A DNA stretch of 61,269 nucleotides, the filler included, from Squatina squatina (lineage: Eukaryota): assembly GCA_031763465.1 (NCBI GenBank). It is 4 parts of 4 records of this genome, joined end to end, with 100 filler letters (N's around TTAATTAATTAA, not from the genome) between each part and the next. Parts side by side here need not be neighbours in the genome. Positions count along the whole stretch, not along the records: positions 46,997 to 61,269 come from JARFOE010000235.1; 3 more parts are not named here. The stretch is one strand, 5' to 3'. A program made the position numbers and the translations under genes. Position 1 is the first letter of the stretch; each line of letters begins with the position of its first letter. Of this stretch, positions 49,962 through 61,269 are shown piece after piece. The notes beneath the pieces were generated by a model, which did no database searches, was not told the origin of the DNA, and saw only the letters and a list, made by a program, of their open reading frames with translations.

Positions 49962-51689
49962 TCATTCAAATTGGCTAAGTCCTCTGCAGCTAAGTTAAGC
50001 ACAATTTTATATACAAATTTTGCACAACATTCTTTCAGTGGGGCTCAAGGTTGACGTTTTTGGTTTTAAGCACATGCCTATTGTGTATCTATTTAATTGA
50101 TTTTACATTTCCAAATTAATGAATAGATAGCATATTCACTTAATTTTTCCCATTCAAATTGTCCTTGGTTCTGTTATGTGGGGGCTGATGTAGATGCCTT
50201 AACTATTTCCCCCTGTTCATTTCCAAGTATAGCCTCTAAATGCAGTCCTGTCCTGGTTCAGGTGATGACAATTGGGGCTATGCCAGCCATTCAAGTTCTG
50301 AAGCTAATGTGACCTATTTCAGGGCATAAATGCCTTATGTTCTCCTACCTCAATAGTATTTGCTTAATTTTCACTGTAAAATTAGGAAGGAGCTTCATTG
50401 TGTGTGTTAAATGGAGTTGGCAAAGGTAAAGAGCTTTGCAGGCTTTCTTGTTCAATGTCCTGGACCTCAAGTGTTATTTGGTCCTTACTAGTGTCAGGTT
50501 CTGCCTCATATGATCCCTCTCTTAAAATTCTGCTGCTGCATAAAGAAACAATTCAATCATATTGAATGTTAAATATTATATAACCTAATGTCTCAGTCTG
50601 CAGATTATAATCGGCAATTAATATTTCACTAGAATATGAACAAGTAAATAAAATCCAAGGTGCAGAATATTAGAATTGTGCAGATCATGGAACAGTAGGC
50701 TGATTGAATTCCAAACTAACTAGCTTACAGTAACAAGGTACACATTGTAGCAGAACGGTCACTGTGACCAATGCATCATTTAATGGTCCTCGAATTGAAA
50801 GGATGTTTGATTAGTAAGGTTTAGATCTACAAATGTTATGCAGACCATTCAATGTTATACCTTACCCTTTGAACATGCTGTACAGTGTTCAAAATCTGGG
50901 AAAGTGATATGCACAGTTGAGTACTTCTAAATTATTTTTTGGATTAAAACTTTTGAAAGTCCCTTTTCTGTCTGGCTGAAAAGCAATGCTTTGAAGTCAN
51001 NNNNNNNNNNNNNNNNNNNNNNNNNNNNNNNNNNNNNNNNNNNNNNNNNNNNNNNNNNNNNNNNNNNNNNNNNNNNNNNNNNNNNNNNNNNNNNNNNNNG
51101 GAACCCCTTCCCACATACAGGTGCCTAGGCATCATAGAATAGTACAGCTCAGAAGGAGGCCATTCAGCCCATTGAGTCTGTGCTGGCTCTTTTGAACAAT
51201 TCAGGCAGGCATCCTGCTTGTGTTAATAGGACTGTAAACCAACATTTTTCCTATGAATTGATTAAACTCACCTTGTTTGTGTGTTTTTCTCTACCCTGTA
51301 TAGAAATGTGCTGTGTCCTGCTCGTTATAAGGAGCATGGAGTTATGAATGGCTACTTCTAAAATATTTTTGAACAGTTGCTGTACAAAATCATTACAAGT
51401 TGTGAGGAAGAAAAAAATTGTTGAGTTTTTAAGTTTATTTTTGGGTTTGCTGCAGGAATCCAATTACAATGCTTAAAAATCTTAAGGCAAACTGGTAACA
51501 AAAATACCCTAGGTAGAATTTCACTTAATCTAATATTTAGATTTATAAATTCAGTATGTAAACTATGGTGACAAACTGGTTCAGATTTCACCTTAAATGT
51601 ACAGTAATTCTATCTGAGCTGAAATGCTTTCAAATCTGGTTATATTAAATATGATTGTGAATTAATCACTCCTGTGTGCTCCTTTTCAG

Positions 51690-52050
51690 GGCTATTTCCT
51701 TTGGGCAGGCTCTGCTGTACTCGTGTCCAGACAAAAACAAGGTTAATTTCAACCCCACTGGCTCCGCCTTCTGCCCAGTCCATATTCTTAAGCCACTTTT
51801 ACCAACTGTTGACTTAATATTAAGGCACTTACCAGCATCTGCTTCATCAACCTCTCCAAGCACAGGGGTATCATCGAGCACTTTGACCTCTTGCCAGTCT
51901 ACAACTCAGGTCTCATTCCAGCAACCATTGGAGGATTCAGGGACCACAGACTTTGCTGAGCTTTCTAAGGAACAACCTCTACAGTTTGATCCTTGGAAAC
52001 TTACTCAAACTGAAGAAGGTGCCTTTTTCCAGAGCTCGTTAGTAATTTAG
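51690..52050 (+). CDS. FAM117A: FAM117A, last coding exon
   Basis: ctccttttcag| phase 2. SCPDKNKVNFNPTGSAFCPV...FDPWK...FFQSSLVI*. The C-terminus resembles recalled FAM117A (FEPW...LFQSSLMV) rather than FAM117B or GLCCI1. Confidence 0.9.
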
Positions 52051-55000
52051 ACTGGCAAATCTGCAAAAGGTAGTGACAGAAGTTCTCAAACAAAGTGAGT
52101 TAACGTATTCACAGCAGGACAACATCTTTACATCAAAAAAGCAGCTGCAACGTGTCATGGCGAAAATAAAACTTCACATAAAAGTCTGATAAGGCAGAGG
52201 GTTCCTTTGAAGAAAATGAACATGTTCTATAAGCTGAATTTCACTTGCTAGAAATAAAACTTCTCCAGGGACAAACACTGAACGAACACATCTGTAAGTT
52301 GCAAGTCTCAGAAATCATCAGCTGATCTGAAAACATTTCTGCTTAATGTTTGTGTGCAACTGACAGTGGGAGAAAGTAACATCTAATTGATTGCTTTCAA
52401 CAGCCTTTAGTCTCACTATCCAATGAACCTGATTAGTTGATACAAAAAAACACACAGTCGTGGATTCATGGATCAGGGAAGTGATAACCACCATGTCAAG
52501 GGGAAGCACCTTGATCACTTTTCCTGTAGAATGAGGGGTTCAGCTGGGAAGAATGCGCAGCTTTCATCCGCATGCTAAAATAGGACGAGCCTCATGTGTA
52601 GTTTAGAATTTATTTGTGTTTGAATTATAAATACAGTTTACAGGAAAGGAAGAGTAATGTAATTTTATGCATAAGGTTGGATAAGACCATCTAGTGGCCA
52701 GTGATGGAACACCTCAGCGTACCTTTTATGAATACATGCTCCATGGAGTCTCGCACCGATTGGGAAATTGTGGGTGCACCACTTGCAATTTCTCAAGATG
52801 CACTCCCTGCGAACACTACCGTCTACATGGAGCGCCAGGTCACAAAATTACCACTCTCCTTTCATTGATGTTTGCCTTGTTGAAATCGTAGTCTTCAGTG
52901 GTGCCAATTGCAAGAGAAAGTCAAATTTGATCATATTATAGTCATTTGTCTCCAGAGATTCCATTGCTTTTAAATTATGAATGTCATCCTGATAACTTGT
53001 AAGAAAAAGTATTATTGTGATGCAGTATTCACAAATGCAGACACATAACTGGATGGACAGGAAAGAAGAGCTCAAAGACAATTGAATGTGAATCAATTCA
53101 TTTCCTATAAATGCATTGGTGTTTGATTTTAGTCAGGAAGATGAACACATGGCTTGTCAGAGCAACTGAATCATTAAGCAAGATGCACAGCAGGGGTCTG
53201 AAAACAGTGTAATATCCGAGTGTTCGCTGAAATGAAGATCTGTAATTCTGCAGTTCCTTCAATGTTCAAATACAAAGGCAAACACATTAACTATGACACT
53301 GAACAGAAGCTAGACGGTAACTAGACAAATTTGGCCATAGGGCTCATACACATCAATTGGCAATACTATATGAGNNNNNNNNNNTTACTTGCCGGGGGAG
53401 GGGGGGAGGGCACTACCACCTCCCGCAGAATTGCGTGGGAGTTAGCGGAGGCACAAACCAGCAGCGCCCCGCTCCCGCCAGTTATGCCCCGGGCTGCTGC
53501 ACTGGTGATGATGACGTCATTGTCGTGCGCAGTGGCCCGTTTTTGCCCTGGAGAGGAAATTGGGTAGTGTCCCGTGAGGTCTTCATGGGCAATGTTTGCG
53601 CCAGCCTCGTGGATTGCACACCAGGCCACAANNNNNNNNNNNNNNNNNNNNNNNNNNNNNNNNNNNNNNNNNNNNNNNNNNNNNNNNNNNNNNNNNNNNN
53701 NNNNNNNNNNNNNNNNNNNNNNNNNNNNNNNACCAAACATCAGCTTATGTGAATACAAATTCTTGGCATATATATGCTGGCGTTTACAGTAACAAAAATT
53801 CAGAAATGTCTGCTAGTCCTTCATTCACCTTTTCTTGGCTTGAGCCCCAATGTTGTGAATGCAACTACATTAAGCACAAGCTTACCTTGAGAAAAAGTGT
53901 AAAGACGTAGGACCATTCTAAATGTTGGCTACTGTCTGATTTTTGCTGGGGTATTTTTTCAGTCAGCTTTTAACCTCATAGTACCTTGTGTGTAAGACTG
54001 CTACAGTATTTAGAAAATAAAATTGTTTATATATTAAAAAAAATGCACATTGGAAGCTTTTTCCTTAAATAACTTTTCTTGCTCTTTACTTTATGAAAAG
54101 CATTAGGCTTAGCATTTTAAAGCAGTGTACAGCCCTGAAAAGTGATTTGTGCAACTGCTGTTGATTTAAAGGTTGTAGAGTATCGAGTCTAATTAGAAAT
54201 CCCAGATTACTGATTGGTGCAAGTATCGACCATCGGGTGCTGCTGAACAATTGAGCACAGTGAAATACTGGAATTTAGCAAGTATCCCGTAGCAGCAAGT
54301 ACATTTCCTGCCAATCTTAGACACTTGTATAAGCTCAGCAAAGAAACAGAACTGTGAATGATATTTGATCTGCTTCAAAGCCTTATTACTCATACCTTTC
54401 CATGGGTAAAAGGAGTATAAAGACACACCTTAAGCCTATTAATGGGGATGCCACAGGGGAAATTAAATTCCTGTTTATCCAATATTGAGCAAATTTATCA
54501 TTACTCATTTCACACTTTTTCGTGAGACCGAATGGGAATGAATTGCCCCTGAAAAGTTCTAATTGTGCCACAAAGGAACTGGAAGGTATTTTAAAATCAA
54601 AACTTCATTTTATAAAAAAAAATCTGATCAGGTTAACAACTCAAATATTGAGAATTGATTAAATTAATTTGTCCAGGTCAAATAAAACATTTGTATGGAA
54701 GGTGACTGGGCTAATTTAAAATCAAGTTAGGAGCCGATCTGAATACACTGAATTGGTGTTGAGGTTATACTGATCTAACCTGTACAATTAACTGGCATAC
54801 ACTTAAGTTCCTTGACACAGCACACAAGTGCTATGGTGTATATTGCATTCTGCTATTATACATTACACAACAATACATTTCCTGACCAAGTGTTGTATAT
54901 TCAAGATTTCTGTAGTTTGACTGCTCCAACCAATTTCAGTAATGCATTGTGAACTTTGTCTACATCTAGGGTAGGAATTTTGTATTGCTGAATTTAGAAC

Positions 55001-58000
55001 TGCTAACCATGCAGAAAATTTAACCTTGTCTGTCCTGAAATATTCTGCACCCAATTGCTATTCATTTTTTTTTTAAAGAGTAATATGAAGTAAAATTGCA
55101 GTACTTTAAGAATTTTAAACATTGGGCAGAAAATTCTTCAATAAAATAAAAAAAAAATCTAAGCCACTATTTAGCACCAAGGATTAAAAATAATGGCTTA
55201 ACTCAACAGTATATTTGGTTGCACTACCAAAAAAATAGTTTGGGCTTTTTTCGAAGGGGAAAAGAGGGAACAAGTGAAGAGCACAAGGTTTATTTGCACC
55301 TGTTATGTCTGAACAATCTGTTTGACTTTACTTTTCTCATTGTCACTGTTCAAATGCTTTTTCTACTGAACTGTATTTTTAATTTTACTTCTAATATAAG
55401 TCTGGGCTTAAATATACAGAAATGTAGTTTTTTTTTGTTTGGTATTTATTTAAACAATTGATGTACCCATTTAAAGGGCTAGCTTCATTTAAGGTCGAAC
55501 TTGGGTATTAAAAAAAAATGTAACTATATCTGAAACCTCTAGCTTAAAAGCAAAAGTGTACAGAAAAAAAACTGCTTAGTTCCTCTGCATTCCAGTTTAA
55601 TTTGCAGGTATATTCTGATACAGAGCCTGTGAAAGTAAAAGCACCAGCATTTAGACTCTTAATATCTTATTGTCTCAAGTTGAAGATCGTGTGGTTAATT
55701 ATGGTTTCTGAAACAAATTTAGAAAGGAGTGCCCAAAAGAATTGTGTCATGGCGTGTTCTTTGCTTGTGCATTTTGAGTTTCAATGCAATCTTGTTTGTT
55801 TTCCATCACCTATACGGTGAAGCTATAGACAGTAAGCATCCCAACATCTGTACGTCACGATGACCTTTGAAAGAGGCTTGATACTTGCTTGAGCAGTGCA
55901 GTGCAATTATTAAATTGTACTTTGGAGGTTCGGTAAAACTCCATGCTGATCGGAGTAGATGTTTGTTTATTTGCCCCTTCCCTCTACCACTGCCCCACCC
56001 CTCCCTGGTTCAGATATTGGTTATAGAATACCTATTTGTAGCATTAAAATGGCTGTCAATTTACAATATTGACATGGGCTGCACTAGTGACAAGTGTGCA
56101 AATGTAATTGTGGCAATTATTTACATTAACTTGATCCTTGTGAATCAAATGTCTGGCATGCCATTTTAGTTTTGGTTTCAGTTGAAACTTGGCCTCTTTT
56201 TTTGCTTGGTTCTGAATTCAGTGCGGTCCAAAGTAAAATATTGTGCAACTCTTGAGATATAACAGTTCTGTCTGCTCTTGGTCCAGTCTCATTTAATTAT
56301 CTTTTTATAGTCTTCTGTGCACTGATGCAGAATTGTACTGCAAGTAACTTTTTTTTTAATTGAAGATTTCAACTGATTTCAAAGTTCATTCTCTAAAATA
56401 GTTGGGAGGTAGGATTTACATGCCTTCTAAAGCTGCAGAAAATATCTTGCTGTTTGTATTACCACTGGAGTAGGTCACATTCTGCCTAGTAACAACCAAA
56501 TCTGCAAATGCATACTTGTAGTTGGTTTTGTGGAGCCTCCAACAATAAAAAACATTTTAACTTATTTTGTATATGGTTCTGTAGGCCCAGAAGACTTTTG
56601 CTTCATATTTTGCACCAATTGTACTTCAGTCGAAGTAGTGTGACAGTATTTCCATGAAGGTGGTTTTACTACCTCCTTCACCTTTATGAAGTAAGGAGTA
56701 ATATTGCCAGCCTGACTCTCATATTATACCAGTAATTTTGTATTTCTGTATCCAAAACCACTTTTACAATGGTGGAGATTTGTAGTAAAATGAGATTTTG
56801 CATCTGGACCAGTGAAAATTTGATTGGACAGTCATGACTATATTGATCCCCATAAAAATGTGTTTTTTCCAAAAGTATCAATGCAATTAAGTTTATAATA
56901 CAGATTCATCAGTACAATGTTTTTGTGAAAAATTGCCATTTAATTGACAATGTGTGCTCTCTCAGATCAAAAAGTCAGATTGGTCCACGTTCATAAAATG
57001 GTAAGAGTTTGATTGTTGAAACAGACTCCCACTTAGAGTACAAGGTTTAATTAAAGTCAAACAGCTGATGCAAAAATCAGGATCCAAATCTACAATTCAA
57101 TTGGATATCCCATTACATCCAGTGATGAATTTCACTGTGGTCAGAAGGAAAACATGATGCCACATTTCTTGCAAAAAAGAATCAAATAAGGTGTATTGGA
57201 AAATAAATAAATACATAGTGCACATGCATTAATGCTACTCAAGTGATTGTTGTATTCTTAAATGTCACATCAAATTTTCATCTATGTCGGCTATCAATCC
57301 AAAATATTTTCTTGTAGCTGACCTTATCTGTTGTGTANNNNNNNNNNNNNNNNNNNNNNNNNNNNNNNNNNNNNNNNNNNNNNNNNNNNNNNNNNNNNNN
57401 NNNNNNNNNNNNNNNNNNNNNNNNNNNNNNNNNNNNNGCCTCCGAAAAAAAGGAGAACCTTGCAGTCATCTGTGGCTTATACAATTATAGCTTTAATTGT
57501 ACTTTCCAAAAAGAGATCCTAGTGGTTACTAGAACTTGAGAATCAAGCAATTAAAAATTAAAAGCAAAAATAATCTGTATGACCCTTGTAAATAAATAGT
57601 GAACTGAAGTGAAACAAGATAAGGTAGCTGACTTTATAAAGCAAGACATTGTAGGCACAGCATTCCTCTGCCGCCAAACACTGTACCATGACACATTTCC
57701 TTTTGTTATACACTGTTGAAATGTGTGTATCCACATTGAGAAACAAAATTAGAATTTCTGAATAATTCTAACTGTATTGCGTTTTCTATTGTAGTGTATT
57801 TGTTGATGAGAATGAGCTCTGTTATGATGACTGCAGATAACTAATACCACATGAATGTTATGAGTAAATTGCTGACCAAATTGGTTAATGTAACACCAGT
57901 TTTGTATTTAAAGATTTGAATTGGCCTGGAAGTGTATCTTTGATGTAGAATTATTTTGTCTTATAGACACTATTTTGGGGGTTTGGTTGACATTGTACAT

Positions 58001-58375
58001 ACGTTTCAAAACATTAAGCTTGGACAAATGTATTGACCACATGAGCTGTGTTTAGCGTGTGGATTTTGTGTGTTTTTTTTTAAAAGAAGTAGGTTCAGTT
58101 TCAGAAAATACAAAAATAAAAGTGCCAATTTCCACTGCAGATACTTTGTGCTTTGTTCCTAAGGGATTACAGTCTCAATGGTGTAACTCTTTAGTTTATA
58201 TTTTCATCAAGCAAAATCAGCATTCAAGCACTTGCACTTCATGCACTGATGCCTGCAGACATATACAGATGTGGAACAACCCAGGTTTTGCTCCTCATCT
58301 GGCATATTGTGGACTTTGTTACCAATGTCTGTCAGACCCACCAGTTCTTCTTTGTGTATCCTTTGTACTACTTTC

Positions 58376-58510
58376 AACAATAACTTGCATTTATATAGCA
58401 TCTTTAACTTAGTAAAATGTCCCAAGGTGCTTCAGAGTTATCAAACAACATTTGACAGTCACAAGGAAATATTGGGGTGTATGACTCAAGCTTGATCAAA
58501 GAAATAGGTT
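58376..58510 (-). mobile_element. L2 3' tail fragment
   Basis: ACAATAACTTGCATTTATATAGC...GTAAAATGTCCCAAGGTGCTTCA is similar to 3900-4040. Confidence 0.65.
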
Positions 58511-59121
58511 TAACTTATTTTCTCCAGTGGCAGGTCTATCACTAAGTGACCTTCCATATTTCATGTCTTATGCTGTGCATTATGACTGTGTGGGCTGGAG
58601 ATGACTGCTGGCGTTTTCAACAATATTGCGCTGTGGTCAGCTGGCAGGTGTGTTGATGCTCCAGAGCTAACTATTTGTTCCCCTCAAGCACCCACCCACC
58701 CAGTCCTTGCAAACCATTTCCTGAAAAGTAGTTGTCTAATGTCGGACTTCAGCATGAGTTACTTGCAGCTCATCTCATTCTAGGGATTGTGAAGAAAGGG
58801 AAGACTACAATTTTTAACCAGCTTATCCAAGAATCAGACCCTTTTTTTATGGAGGTTGCACTTGACTTTGGATTTCTTTGTCCTGTAAGAATTTTACAAT
58901 TCTTAATTGAGCAGATGCCCTGCTGCACCATATGTTGTTCAACACCTTGCTGTGCTGCACAGGAGTATTGGCATTTCCTATACTCGACCACACAGCTACT
59001 GAACTGAATTGTGGGGTTACATATACCTATGGTCAGCTTTGGAGCAAACTTGACAGGTTTTTTTTTTTTAAATCCTATTTCTGATTTTTCTATTTTGTCA
59101 AACCGCTTCAGAGTTTGTACA

Positions 59122-59206
59122 AAAGCGAAATACTGCGGATGCTGGAATCTAGAATACAAACAAATTGCTGGAAAAACTCAGCAGGTCAGGCAGCATCTGT
59201 GGAGAN
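59122..59206. mobile_element. Penelope-like terminal repeat fragment
   Basis: AAAGCGAAATACTGCGGATGCTGGAATCT...CAGCAGGTCAGGCAGCATCTGTGGAGA then a gap. Same family as 12130. Confidence 0.6.
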
Positions 59207-59358
59207 NNNNNNNNNNNNNNNNNNNNNNNNNNNNNNNNNNNNNNNNNNNNNNNNNNNNNNNNNNNNNNNNNNNNNNNNNNNNNNNNNNNNNNNNNNNNNN
59301 NNNNNTTAGTATGTGAATTGATACTATTCCAAATGAATATGAACATTGCCATTTCTAA

Positions 59359-59478
<120 letters not shown>

Positions 59479-60154
59479 TAAACATTTTACGGGACAGTAT
59501 TTTGTCCAGCGTGGCTATACAGCTCATTTGCACTGGGATTGTGCTCCATCTCTTATCAGTGTAAATTCTTGAGATGCCTAAACTAATAATCATTTGGCTA
59601 TCTGTTGCAAAGCAATTTAAAATGAACCTTCCAGCAGATGGCAAAGTTTTGTCCATTATTTAGCACTTAGTGGTTCTTGTAGACATTGCAGCAGAGTATA
59701 AAGCACACTAGGGACACCGAGCGTTGATGAAAAGTAAATGCAGACGAGAGCCACATTGGCATCACTCATCCGTTGGCCTCAGTCCAATGAATTTTGATTC
59801 CCTTCCCCATCCACCCACACAGTTCCCTTCGACAATGCTTGTCCTGGTGCACCAAAGGAATGGGGCTAAGGGTTTTGATTCAGCTGGTTAATTTTAGTAT
59901 TTATCTTGCATTTGGTTTCAGTTCAGTTTTTTTAAAAACTGGAATACACTAATTCTACTGTGATAACCAACAGAGTCACTAGTGGAGTCTGTTATCCGTG
60001 CTAGAATTGTAAGGCAACATTTTCAAGAGAGAAAATTAACATGAAGATTAAATTNNNNNNNNNNNNNNNNNNNNNNNNNNNNNNNNNNNNNNNNNNNNNN
60101 NNNNNNNNNNNNNNNNNNNNNNNNNNNNNNNNNNNNNNNNNNNNNNNNNNNNNN

Positions 60155-60380
60155 CTAAGTCATTAATATAGATTATAAATAGCTGAGGCCCCAGCACTGA
60201 TCCTTGCCGCACCCCACTAGTTTACAGCCTGCCAACCTGAAAATTACCTGTCTATCCCTACTCTCTGTTTTCTGTCCATTAACCAATCAGCCATGCTAAT
60301 ACATTACCCCAACCCTATGAGCCTTTAGCTTGCGTAATACCCTGTTATGTGGCACATTATCGAATGCCTTTTGGAAATTT
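60155..60380 (-). mobile_element. CR1 RT fragment
   Basis: Reverse complement encodes FQKAFDNVPH..., WLMDRKQRVGI...V.SGVRQGSVLGPQLFIIYIND. Confidence 0.85.
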
Positions 60381-60586
60381 GGCTCAAGTATTTGGCTCGG
60401 GTGATGTGAAATTATGAGAGCTAACTGTGATCTATTTTGTTGCTTGAATCTGTAATGAGATCTATTTCATTTTTTTTAATTCTGTGAATAGTGTGTATTA
60501 TTTGGTGGATTTATGAGATGGTATCAAACTAAGACTTAATCCTTACATTATTACTGAAAATGAAACTTGTCTGAATGTAATTGTAA

Positions 60587-60820
<234 letters not shown>

Positions 60821-60902
60821 TAAATTCTTTCATGTTCCTGGTGAATATTCTATTTCAGAAAACTGATATCTATTCAATTCAATACACAGGGCTTGCGATT
60901 GA

Positions 60903-61269
60903 TTTTTTTTTATTCGTTCCTGGTTGTGGGCATCACAAGCACGGCCAGGATTTAGTGCCCGTCCCTAATTGCCCTTGAGAAGGTGGTGGTGAGCCGTCGC
61001 CTTGAACCGCTGCAGTCCGTATGGTGAAGGTACTCCCACAGTGCTGTTAGGGAGGGAGTTCCAGGATTTTGACCCAGCGACAATGAAGGAGCGTGGATAT
61101 ATTTCCAAATCACGGTGGTGTGTAACTTGAAAGGTGATGGTGTTGCCATGCGCCTGCTGCCTTTGTCTTTCTAGGTGGTAGAGGTCGTGGGTTTGGGAGG
61201 TGCTGCCAGCAAAGTCGTGGTGAGTTGCTGCAGTGTATCTTGTAGACGGTATGCATTGCAGCCATGGTG
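60903..61269 (-). mobile_element. HER1-type LINE 3' end in a PSMC5 intron
   Basis: Collinear with 212-570, and runs off the end of the window. Confidence 0.78.

Overview
Eukaryotic genomic DNA, almost certainly from a cartilaginous fish (shark or ray). The evidence is the repeat complement: HER1/HE1-type LINE tails, SacSINE1-like Deu-SINEs, CR1, L2 and Penelope-like termini. It is a fragmented short-read scaffold with dozens of fixed 100-N gaps. Three of these gaps contain an artificial TTAATTAATTAA linker and split the window into four blocks. Most ORFs in the track are spurious or repeat-derived, and the real coding content is isolated spliced exons found from splice signals and recalled protein similarity. 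Block 2 (15.6-34.3 kb) holds two LMTK2 exons (-), the last coding exon of a beta-type parvalbumin (+) and three CCZ1 exons (+), matching the conserved vertebrate LMTK2-OCM/parvalbumin-CCZ1 neighbourhood. Block 4 (47-61 kb) holds the last three coding exons of FAM117A (+) and two PSMC5 exons (+). All genes are incomplete, most likely because exons fell into gaps. I see no convincing new biological system. The best leads are the beta-2-like parvalbumin exon, an NRF1-like palindrome array inside a hAT element in an LMTK2 intron, an in-frame CCZ1-CR1 read-through, Penelope termini predicted to abut hammerhead ribozymes, and several orphan exon candidates. Gene and repeat names come from recall, not database searches, and repeat boundaries are approximate.
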